From positions 1-36,104 of the IMG/VR virus record IMGVR_UViG_3300031414_000061: DNA of 36,104 nucleotides; one strand, written 5' to 3'. Positions 16,951 through 24,253 of this stretch are shown here, piece by piece. The notes under the pieces are model-generated. The model did not search any database. It saw only the letters and a program-made list of their open reading frames with translations, and was not told where the DNA came from. Every line of letters begins with the position of its first letter. The first letter of the stretch is position 1. The stretch comes from a virus. The position numbers and the translations under genes are program-made.

Positions 16951-17796
16951 TCAGGACGGCACCAGGCTTTCCGCAATGGTCGGCAGCGGTCCCATGTAGG
17001 TCAACCCCTCTTTCACGCAATGACGAATGAACGCATCTTCATGCAGTTCGCCGGGCCGCATGTTCATGCTACAGCCGACCGTGCCGCCCTTCCAGGAACC
17101 TTTACGCGGCCCGACCTCTGCGGAATAGTCGATCGCCAGGCTGCGCTTCACCAGCGACCGATAGAACAGGCTGAGCCAGCTGCACCACTTTTCCCCTCGC
17201 TTCCACTCGCGTTCCTCGATGTGCGTGGTCGCGATGATCTCGGCGCCATCGTAGTCGATGCACCGGAAAACGACCTTGGGAACGTCCTGTTTCGCCTTGT
17301 ACTGCGCGTCGAAGGAATCAATGCCCTTGCCGCGTTCGCGGTCCAGCTGGGTCCAGAAGTGCGCGCCGGCCGTGTCGTACATGCTGATGCGGATGAAGCG
17401 CCATTGCGTCCAGGGCAGATGGGTCGACCAGCTTTTCGTGGTGCTGCTGTCCATGGTTTGCGGTCCCTTGAACACCTGCAGGAAGCCGTCGCTGCAGGAA
17501 AAGCCGTAGCAACGATGGTGCACGTCCCAGTAACCATCCCCGGCTTTGCTCCACTCATAGCGCGACGTGTCGACCCAGCGGCGCCAGGGCGCCAGCAGGC
17601 CGGGCGCCTCGATGATCAGCACGCCGAAGTGCAGGTGGATCCGCACATGGGCGGTGTCTTCTTCGTCGCCGGAATCCAGCACGATCCCCACCGGCTTCCA
17701 GCTGTCGCTGGCGGCGCTCCATGTGAACGGCCCGAAGTGGCGATCGTGCCCACTCCACCGGCGGCGCTTCCCCTTCAGCCATGTCTTGATGCTCAT
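16951..17796 (-). CDS. Hypothetical Trp-rich protein (orphan), last gene of the leftward operon
   Basis: 281-aa ORF. Its start overlaps the upstream ORF stop (ATGA). RBS aaaggga. Many W/H/C residues (WDVHHRCYGFSCSDG, GSWKGGTVGCS). I recognise no family. Confidence 0.8.
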   Translation of the reverse strand: MSIKTWLKGKRRRWSGHDRHFGPFTWSAASDSWKPVGIVLDSGDEEDTAHVRIHLHFGVLIIEAPGLLAPWRRWVDTSRYEWSKAGDGYWDVHHRCYGFSCSDGFLQVFKGPQTMDSSTTKSWSTHLPWTQWRFIRISMYDTAGAHFWTQLDRERGKGIDSFDAQYKAKQDVPKVVFRCIDYDGAEIIATTHIEEREWKRGEKWCSWLSLFYRSLVKRSLAIDYSAEVGPRKGSWKGGTVGCSMNMRPGELHEDAFIRHCVKEGLTYMGPLPTIAESLVPS

Positions 17797-17963
17797 GTGT
17801 TCGTGTCCCTTTCAGTCGTGCCCTTCGGGTCGCGGAAGGGCGGCGCGTTCTTGTTGCGGCGCCGGTCTTGTCCGGATCGCCTTTCTGCCTCTTGCAGCCA
17901 AGGCCAGCGATAGAAACCGCGTCGATCAGGCACGCGGCGGCGCCGCGGCTTTGGCTGCTGCAT
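17793..17963 (-). CDS. Possible 56-aa Arg-rich micro-ORF
   Basis: MQQPKPRRRRVPDRRGFYRWPWLQEAERRSGQDRRRNKNAPPFRDPKGTTERDTNT. The ATG overlaps the TAA of the upstream micro-ORF (TAATG), and its TGA overlaps the ATG of the 281-aa gene (ATGA). GC3 is only moderate, so coding status is uncertain. Confidence 0.35.
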   Translation of the reverse strand: MQQPKPRRRRVPDRRGFYRWPWLQEAERRSGQDRRRNKNAPPFRDPKGTTERDTNT

Positions 17964-18091
17964 TACGGCGCCGGCTTCGGGCAGCGGCAGGGCTGGCGGC
18001 CCTGGTTGCTGTCGCAGGTGCAGCCCGGCGCCGTGCGCCAGAGATCGAGCAGCAGCAGGAACAGGAAAAACGGGTTCAGGTATGGGTTCAT
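17963..18091 (-). CDS. Possible 42-aa membrane micro-protein with a Cys-rich tail (absent from the ORF track)
   Basis: Minus strand ATG 18091. Translation MNPYLNPFFLFLLLLDLWRTAPGCTCDSNQGRQPCRCPKPAP, then TAA (17965-17963). GC3 is very high. The ATG overlaps the TGA of the 148-aa gene (ATGA). Confidence 0.5.
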   Translation of the reverse strand: MNPYLNPFFLFLLLLDLWRTAPGCTCDSNQGRQPCRCPKPAP

Positions 18092-18534
18092 GTCGGGCCA
18101 CCTATTTTCAACAGGCCAGCCGCTTCGGTATGCTCGGCCACCGTCTGGCCAGTCGGCAGCAGGATCTGGCCCAAGAATGCACCTTCAAAGCTGACCAGCC
18201 CGACTTCCACCGCCGTGACCTGTCCCTTGATCCAGTCGCGCAGGATGCTGCATGCGCTGACCTCGGCCTGCTCGAGCGCGCGCCGTTCGTGCTGGGTCTT
18301 TGTCGCCTTGATGCGCGGCCCGTAGGGATGCTCTTTCAGCCAGGCCGCCGCATAACCGCGCACGCTGGCCTTCACGCTCACATCGCGCCCGCGTGCCGTG
18401 AACTGCACAATGAGTTCGCCGGCTTCGCTGTCGGTCATGGTGCCGAACCTGGTGCAGCCGAAGCGCTTCAGCACCTTACCAATTTCTTCTAGGGCGCCGG
18501 CCCCGCTGGTGGCGTTCTCGTAGGGTAGGCTCAT
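18088..18534 (-). CDS. Hypothetical protein (148 aa)
   Basis: The real start is MSLPYENATS at 18534, ATGA-coupled to the upstream gene. The Arg-rich 98-aa N-terminal extension in the track looks spurious. Confidence 0.8.
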   Translation of the reverse strand: MSLPYENATSGAGALEEIGKVLKRFGCTRFGTMTDSEAGELIVQFTARGRDVSVKASVRGYAAAWLKEHPYGPRIKATKTQHERRALEQAEVSACSILRDWIKGQVTAVEVGLVSFEGAFLGQILLPTGQTVAEHTEAAGLLKIGGPT

Positions 18535-19469
18535 GTCGGGTCTTCCTTTGTCGGCACCGCATAGTCCTGATACAGCGCATCGCGCTGCAGCTTCGGCGGG
18601 AAGGCGGCCAGCTCGGCATAGTGGCGCTGGGCTTCCTTGCTCAATTCGACGTGTTCGGTGCTGCCGTCGGTGTTCACCTGGAATGCGCCGGTGCCGTGCT
18701 GGATCGCATCGGACAGGGCCGCGTCGACCGCATCGGGCGCCGGTGCGGTCAGCCGCGCGCCAACCAGTTCGGTGATCACGCTTTGGAGCTCGGCGGCGTC
18801 GCCGGTGGCGCCCAGATCTTCGGCCCACTCGCGATTCTTCAGCATCGCAACCATGACGCGCACCTGTTCGCGGAACTTGTACAGCTGGTCATACTTTGCA
18901 AACAGGCGGGCGACGTCGCGCAGCGGCACGGTGTCATAGTCCGGATGGATCGTGTCGCCTTCCTTCCAGTAGCCAAACGATGCGGTGCCGATCGCCGCCA
19001 TTTGCAGGCGGTATTGTTCGCTGTCGTCCAGCTTTGGCTTGCCGAACTTGGCCACCAGGTCGGCGGCCAGCGCTGGGTGCGTTTCGCTGCATGCCGAAGC
19101 ATAGGCCCGCATCGCTGCCGGCGCGTGCCTATCGTGGTCCAGGTCCAGCACGAAGTAGGCGCAACCGTGATGTTTTTCGCCCGGCGCGTCTTTCCCATCG
19201 GTGCGCATCACAATGAACTTGTTAAACAGGCCCTGTTCCTCTGCTGGTTTGTTCGGGTCGCGGTCAGGGAAGACCCTGGCGCCGGTCGGCAGCGCGCACA
19301 CGTCGATGCGCTCGTATTCGGCCGACTGATTCGGCCAGGTGCTGCCCAGCGGCCCGATCAGGCCCATGGTCGGGCCGGTCAGCAGCAGGGTCCAGCGGTC
19401 ATTCCAGCGCAGGGGCGTCTTCGGGGCTTGGTGGTCGGTGCGGCGGTTTTTCGGTTCGTCCATGGTCAT
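18531..19469 (-). CDS. Hypothetical protein (312 aa)
   Basis: Contains FIVMRTDGKDAPGEKHHGCAYFVLDLDHDRHAPAAMRAYASAC, a motif I have seen in many uncharacterised phage proteins. The start may be the second ATG (19463), given the position of the GAGG. Confidence 0.8.
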   Translation of the reverse strand: MTMDEPKNRRTDHQAPKTPLRWNDRWTLLLTGPTMGLIGPLGSTWPNQSAEYERIDVCALPTGARVFPDRDPNKPAEEQGLFNKFIVMRTDGKDAPGEKHHGCAYFVLDLDHDRHAPAAMRAYASACSETHPALAADLVAKFGKPKLDDSEQYRLQMAAIGTASFGYWKEGDTIHPDYDTVPLRDVARLFAKYDQLYKFREQVRVMVAMLKNREWAEDLGATGDAAELQSVITELVGARLTAPAPDAVDAALSDAIQHGTGAFQVNTDGSTEHVELSKEAQRHYAELAAFPPKLQRDALYQDYAVPTKEDPT

Positions 19470-19520
19470 CCTCTGTAATGGGTAACGGTGGCGCGCCAGC
19501 GCTGGGCCGGCGCGCGTGAA

Positions 19521-19907
19521 TTAAATTGCTTCCTTCGGTTTATGCATCCAGTGGTTTTCACCAGATCGCGCTTCGGCATTGTTTCTCCCCTTTTGCGCGC
19601 GATCGCGAGCATTATCAAGCGCAGTGCCTAAAAAGAAATGCTCGGGATTTACACAGCTAGGGTTATCGCATCTATGGAGGACAAGCAGTCCTTCAGGTAT
19701 TGGACCAATGTGTATTGCGTATGAAAGCCTGTGCGCTGAAACTGATTTGCCGTCTACATTAATCCGGCCATAGCCTCGGCGCTTGCTGCCATTCCAATTC
19801 CAACAGCTTTCAGTTTTTGTAATTCGTTTGAATAAGCGCTTATCGGCCGAGAGGCCGTGATAGCGCGGATTGCCCGCTCTATTTCCCATGTTTGTCCTTG
19901 CCGACAT
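19521..19907 (-). CDS. HNH homing endonuclease (HNH_3 type)
   Basis: CWNWNGSKRRGYGRINVDGKSVSAHRLSYAIHIGPIPEGLLVLHRCDNPSCVNPEHFFLGTALDNARD matches the HNH_3 signature CW.W.g....GYG....aHR.....G.ip.g..v.H.CdN..CvNP.HL..gt...N. Confidence 0.9.
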   Translation of the reverse strand: MSARTNMGNRAGNPRYHGLSADKRLFKRITKTESCWNWNGSKRRGYGRINVDGKSVSAHRLSYAIHIGPIPEGLLVLHRCDNPSCVNPEHFFLGTALDNARDRAQKGRNNAEARSGENHWMHKPKEAI

Positions 19908-19993
19908 TAATTGAAATTTCTGGCTATCTCGGGAGGCAAGTCCCTTGATACTTACGCGGGGCGCCCCCCGACCAGAAACTAAATAATCTCATA

Positions 19994-20206
19994 TTACAGC
20001 CCGACTTTCTCTTCCTTTATTCGCTGTATAACCTTTTCATGTATCCGGTGCGGTTTAAAAGGAATGGCTGGCCCAAACTCGCGCTCATGCTCTTCACGGT
20101 CTGCTTGCTCTATTTCTGCATAAAGTGCGTCATAGTGCATTGCTTCCCGCTCATCACGGTCTGCACGCTCAGCGGCAGTGAGTCTACGAATGCCATCACA
20201 CATCAT
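19994..20206 (-). CDS. Hypothetical 70-aa charged protein inside the AT-rich island
   Basis: MMCDGIRRLTAAERADRDEREAMHYDALYAEIEQADREEHEREFG... The start is ATGA-coupled to the ATPase stop. Codon usage is AT-richer than the rest of the genome. Confidence 0.6.
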   Translation of the reverse strand: MMCDGIRRLTAAERADRDEREAMHYDALYAEIEQADREEHEREFGPAIPFKPHRIHEKVIQRIKEEKVGL

Positions 20207-22005
20207 GCCGCCTGCTGCGCGGTGCCGTCGACGGTGGTGCTGGCGGTGATGCCGCCGTTCTCGACCCAGAACGCCGTGATGGTGTCGGCCAGGCCGGTCG
20301 GCAGCGCCTTGAAGGTGCCGAACAGCAAAGCGGTGTCGATGATGCCGTCGAAGGCCAGCACGTCCATCCAGTCCAGCAGCTGGGCGCGGCCCGGCAGGTC
20401 CAGCACGTCCACGCGGTCCAGCATCAGCACCTTCAGGCCCGAGATCTCGGCGACCACCTGGGCCACCATCGCGTCGACGCGCCATTGCTCCGACTCACTC
20501 AGCAGCTGATACGGGCGGCCGTTCGCGGTGATCGCCATGTCGGGTTCGATCTGGGCGGCCATCCACTCGGTATCCACCGAGGCCTGTTTCAGCAGCAGGT
20601 TCACCGGCGCCAGGGCTTCCAGCAGCATTTCGTTCGGGATGCCTTGCGGCGCCAGGGCGTCGGCCACCTTCGTCCATTCCTCGACGTCGACGTGGTGCGC
20701 GGTCGCGCCCCGGGTTTTCTTCTCGGCGGCGTCACGCGCCTGCTGGGCGGCGGCAATGTTCAGGCGCTTGTTCTCGGCGGCCTGGCGGTCTTCCTTCGCT
20801 TTGGCCAGCAGGCCTTCCACTTCGGCGATCTCGGCGCTGGCGTCCACGACTTCAGCAGCGGGCGCCAGGGCGTCGAACTGGCCCTTGGCCTGGGTGGCAG
20901 CGTCCAGGTCGCGCTGCAGGTTCTTCACGCGGTTCTGGACCACCTGCAGGCCGCGTTCATGCTCGGCCAGGGCCGCCACCGCTTCCGGATCGGGCTGGCC
21001 GGCGTCCAGTTTGCCGTGTTCGGCGGTGTAGGCTGCCAGCAGCTTCGCCTGCTGGGTCGCTTTCTCGGCGGTCTTGTCTTTCCCGGTCAGCTGCAGGGTT
21101 TCGATGAACTTGGCCATATCGTGCACCAGGCCGACCCGCACGGTGCCGCTGGCGCGCTTGCGCAGGTCTTCGACCTTCGGCGTGTACTCGGCCAACTCGG
21201 CGCGCGCGCGGTCCAGCTGTTCGGTCAGGCTGGCCACCTTGCCGGCGCTGTCGGCCAGCGCGTCGCGGCGCTGCGCTGCCTTCTGCGCCTCGATCGCCAC
21301 CGACTTGATGCGGCCCAGATTTTCATTCAGCAGCGCGATGTTCCGATCGATCCCGGCCACCTGGTCGGCCAGCTTCTGGACGTCACCCGGCGGCAGATCC
21401 GGCACCGGCGCTTCCCAGCTGGCCGCCTTGACGGCGCCGTAGGTCTCGCCGGTCAGCTGGCGCCACGCGCCCTTCGCTTCGGTCGCCTTGCCCTTCGCGT
21501 GATCGCACACGCCCGGGAACCCGGTGCGCAGCAGCGGCAGCACCGCGTCCACCTTCGCTTCCTGGCATCCGCGCACCAGCATGCGCGCCTTCACGTTGTC
21601 CGCCTTCGGCTTCAGCCCGGTCAGGCCGAACAGGAAGGTGCGGCGCTCGTCGGCGGTCATCTTGGCGAAGCGCTGGCCGTACAGGGCCACGCGCATCGGT
21701 TCGCTGATCTCAGGTCCGACGAATTCACCCTTGGGCATGTTGAACGCGAACGACTCGTCGGCATCGCCGTCGATCGTCACCACGGCGCCGCCGGCTGTCG
21801 CGCCTTCGTGCACCAGCATGCTGTAGGTCTTTTTTGTGGTCACGTCGCGCACGGTGTCCTGGGTGATGGCCATGCGCACGGCTTCCTGGATGGACGATTT
21901 ACCGGAACCATTGCGGCCGGCGAACAGCGCCACCGGAGTCGGCAGGCGGGCGTCAACGTCCTGCAGGCCCAGCACGTTCTGCGCTTGAATACGGGTGATC
22001 TTCAT
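20203..22005 (-). CDS. SMC/SbcC/Rad50-like ABC-type ATPase with a long coiled coil
   Basis: MKITRIQAQNVLGLQDVDARLPTPVALFAGRNGSGKSSIQEA (Walker A). A ~350-aa coiled coil follows. C-terminal signature-like LSESEQ, then LKVLMLDRVDVLD (Walker B/D-loop with R where E is usual). I chose ATG 22005 with GGAG 9 nt upstream; the track start at 22020 is a TTG. Confidence 0.8.
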   Translation of the reverse strand: MKITRIQAQNVLGLQDVDARLPTPVALFAGRNGSGKSSIQEAVRMAITQDTVRDVTTKKTYSMLVHEGATAGGAVVTIDGDADESFAFNMPKGEFVGPEISEPMRVALYGQRFAKMTADERRTFLFGLTGLKPKADNVKARMLVRGCQEAKVDAVLPLLRTGFPGVCDHAKGKATEAKGAWRQLTGETYGAVKAASWEAPVPDLPPGDVQKLADQVAGIDRNIALLNENLGRIKSVAIEAQKAAQRRDALADSAGKVASLTEQLDRARAELAEYTPKVEDLRKRASGTVRVGLVHDMAKFIETLQLTGKDKTAEKATQQAKLLAAYTAEHGKLDAGQPDPEAVAALAEHERGLQVVQNRVKNLQRDLDAATQAKGQFDALAPAAEVVDASAEIAEVEGLLAKAKEDRQAAENKRLNIAAAQQARDAAEKKTRGATAHHVDVEEWTKVADALAPQGIPNEMLLEALAPVNLLLKQASVDTEWMAAQIEPDMAITANGRPYQLLSESEQWRVDAMVAQVVAEISGLKVLMLDRVDVLDLPGRAQLLDWMDVLAFDGIIDTALLFGTFKALPTGLADTITAFWVENGGITASTTVDGTAQQAA

Positions 22006-22032
22006 TGTCTTTTTCTCCAATCGGTTTCAGTA

Positions 22033-22057
22033 GCGGGACCGCACCACGCGGCCCCGC
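22033..22057 (-). other. Strong intercistronic RNA hairpin (no T-tract)
   Basis: On the minus strand, GCGGGGCCGC-gtggt-GCGGTCCCGC forms a 10-bp stem with one G-U pair. It lies between the 292-aa gene and the ATPase gene. Confidence 0.5.
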
Positions 22058-22066
22058 GCATTGTTG

Positions 22067-22945
22067 TTATTCCAGGTTCGCGCCGCCGGTGGCCGAGCGC
22101 TTCGCACCACCGCGGCGGCCCTTGCCGATCGGCTCGACGTTGCTACCGGCCGGTGCTTCGTCGGTCTTCAGCGGGATTGGATCGGCAGCGGGTGCAGCTG
22201 CGCCTTCGCCCGGCGTGAACTCGGCGCCCACCACGTCGCTGCCCTGGTCGCCAGCCTGGTCAACGGCTTTTTGCAGGGTTTGCACCTGGTCTGTGCCGTC
22301 GTCCTGCAGGTTCGCCGTGATGGCGCCAGTTGCCGGCAGCTGGTCGACCGGCGCGCCCTGGTCGCTGAACATCGCCTCGGCCTGCAGCCGCGCTTCGCTC
22401 TTCGGCGCCTGCGCCTGTTGTTCGGCCTGCGCGAACAGATCGCCGCTGCCTTCCTCTTCGTCCTGGTCGCGGCATTCCAGCGTGATCGGCACCACCTGCT
22501 GCAGCAGTCCGGACAGCGCAGCAATGGCCACCGGGTCGGGCTTGGAGAACTGCACGCGGAACGACCAGCTGACGGTGCCGCCTTCCTTCAGGGTCAGCTT
22601 GAAATTGTTGGTTTTGCCGCCGCCCAGCACGACGTCGCCGCCTTCGACATGCAGGCGCAGCAGGGTGCGCGGCACTTCCAGCTTCCAGCCGATCGTCGGA
22701 TCCAGCAGCGGGAACTTGAGGGCCGGCAGGTGGTCGGACTCGATCAACTCGCGGTTATCATCCTTGCGGTAATAGGTTTCGCGCAGCTGCGGGTGCAGCT
22801 TGGCCAGCAGGTTGTTCGCGCTGTCGAATTCGAACTTCAGGTCGATCGCCGCGCTGGACTCTTCGCCGTGCAGTTCGCTGCGCAGGTTCATGTGCGCCAG
22901 CTTGCAGCGCTCTTTCTGCAGGTTGAACGGTTCAGTTTTGGACAT
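22067..22945 (-). CDS. Hypothetical protein (292 aa): globular N-terminal ~160 aa, acidic low-complexity linker, basic tail
   Basis: ORF with RBS aaagggaag. It lies between recT and the SMC-like ATPase. I recognise no family. Confidence 0.8.
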   Translation of the reverse strand: MSKTEPFNLQKERCKLAHMNLRSELHGEESSAAIDLKFEFDSANNLLAKLHPQLRETYYRKDDNRELIESDHLPALKFPLLDPTIGWKLEVPRTLLRLHVEGGDVVLGGGKTNNFKLTLKEGGTVSWSFRVQFSKPDPVAIAALSGLLQQVVPITLECRDQDEEEGSGDLFAQAEQQAQAPKSEARLQAEAMFSDQGAPVDQLPATGAITANLQDDGTDQVQTLQKAVDQAGDQGSDVVGAEFTPGEGAAAPAADPIPLKTDEAPAGSNVEPIGKGRRGGAKRSATGGANLE

Positions 22946-22982
22946 TGAGTACTTCCCTTTCTTGGGTGGTGGTGAAAAATCG

Positions 22983-24224
22983 TTATTCCGGCGCGCTGCC
23001 GGTGCTGCGCGTGCGCGTGCGGCGCGTCGGGCTGGCGGGCGGTGCTTCGGCCTGGGGCGCCGGGTCGCGCGGCGTCATTTCGGCCAGGCGCTGCTGGTAC
23101 AGCCTGTTCAGGGCGCCGCGCAGTTCCGTGTTCTCGACTTCGCCGACCAGTTCGTACACGTCGGCCAGCTGGTTCAGGTTGCCGGCGCGGTTCAGCTGGG
23201 CCATGAGGCGTTCGTACTGTTCGGATGCTTCCGGAGTCAGGGCGCCCGGTTTCGACGCGCTGGTGCCGCTGCTGGTGGTGCTGGCGGCCGCCGGCTGGGC
23301 TTCGCGCACTTCGACGGTTTCGGCATCAGCGGCGCGGCGCTGGTTTGCGCTCGGCTTCTCTTCGGTGGCCGCTGCAGCTGCCGGCGCCGGTGAATCGGTG
23401 CGCGGGATCTCGTCGCCCTGGTCGCCGCCCTGGTCGGCGTCTTCCTCATCAATAAACACGAAGTTGCCGTCGATCGTGTTTTCAACGTGGGCCGATTTGC
23501 CCGATGCACTTGCGTTCTCGGCGGCGACAGCGTTTTCCAGTTCCACCGACGTCGGCAGGTATTTGATCACCTGCAGCAGCACGACCTTGCGGCCATAGGC
23601 TTCGAAGTTGTCGTCGTTCTTCGCGGCGTAGTGCTTGCCGCCGACCTTGTTGTATTCCTTCAGGTGCTTGTGCACCTTCGCGATCGACCACACCACGACA
23701 TGCGGCCATTCCGATCCCTTCACGCGCCCGATCGCGTAGAAGTGCGTAATGTCGGCGAACTCTTCGCTGTCGCCCGGCTTGTGTTCCAGGAACGGGCTGT
23801 CGCCCAGCTGATAGGCGAAGTGGTCGCCCTTGCGCACCACGCCGGTCCAGGCGCTGGCGCGGCCGGTGCGGTTCACCAGGTCAATCAGGCCCTTCCAGCC
23901 CGGCACATAGGACACGTTGCCCTTGTACGCGACCAGATAGCCCTTGCCGTTCCCCAGCCCGATCCCGCTGTTGATCGCGATGCTGACGGCGACATAGAAG
24001 GACAGCGGCGTGGCGGCCTGCAGGTCTTTCGACTGCATCAGCATCACCGTCGCGGTGCGGATCTCGCGCTCCACCGTCATGTGTCCCGGGATGCCGGCGC
24101 CAAGCAGATCCTTGCGTTTATCCAGATAGTCGGTCTTGCCGGTGATCGGGTGCGCTGCACGGCGCGCCAGTTCGTTCGTGCCGGCCTGCTGGTCGGCTTT
24201 TATGTCCTGCAGATTGGTTGCCAT
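22983..24224 (-). CDS. recT: RecT-family single-strand annealing protein with a ~150-aa C-terminal extension
   Basis: SFYVAVSIAINSGIGLGNGKGYLVAYKGNVSYVPGWKGLIDLVNRTGR...HFYAIGRVKGSE...YGRKVVLLQVIKYLPTSVEL matches the RecT pattern. Start ATG 24224 has AGGAG 8 nt upstream. The 151-aa N-terminal extension in the track is spurious. Confidence 0.85.
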   Translation of the reverse strand: MATNLQDIKADQQAGTNELARRAAHPITGKTDYLDKRKDLLGAGIPGHMTVEREIRTATVMLMQSKDLQAATPLSFYVAVSIAINSGIGLGNGKGYLVAYKGNVSYVPGWKGLIDLVNRTGRASAWTGVVRKGDHFAYQLGDSPFLEHKPGDSEEFADITHFYAIGRVKGSEWPHVVVWSIAKVHKHLKEYNKVGGKHYAAKNDDNFEAYGRKVVLLQVIKYLPTSVELENAVAAENASASGKSAHVENTIDGNFVFIDEEDADQGGDQGDEIPRTDSPAPAAAAATEEKPSANQRRAADAETVEVREAQPAAASTTSSGTSASKPGALTPEASEQYERLMAQLNRAGNLNQLADVYELVGEVENTELRGALNRLYQQRLAEMTPRDPAPQAEAPPASPTRRTRTRSTGSAPE

Positions 24225-24253
24225 GTGGCGGTTCTCCTGGTGGTGGTGATGGG

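Larger units (their letters stand above)
19480..20210. mobile_element. AT-rich island (about 45-50% GC by eye versus mid-60s elsewhere) carrying an HNH homing endonuclease and a 70-aa ORF
   Basis: An abrupt compositional drop is visible in the raw sequence. The island is flanked by GC palindromes (GGCGCGCCAGCGCTGG at ~19489-19504; GGGGCGCCCC at ~19958-19967). Confidence 0.55.

Noticed and set aside
16670-17020. ORF 16670..17020(-), with an internal 81-aa version starting at 16915, in the gap between the convergent operons. It includes an ERRTGWDRR motif similar to ERRSGQDRR in the 56-aa micro-ORF.
   Set aside because: The basic KKRRRFRAERRTGWDRRARAAG tail is just the translation of the GC-rich late-operon terminator hairpins. 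The ORF uses rare AGG/AGA codons and would overlap the Rz stop. The motif similarity is probably compositional. A short real ORF cannot be excluded.
19908-19993. A group I intron housing the HNH gene
   Set aside because: The HNH ORF lies between two separate small genes, not inside a conserved gene whose halves could be spliced. The flanking structures are short palindromes rather than a recognisable intron core.
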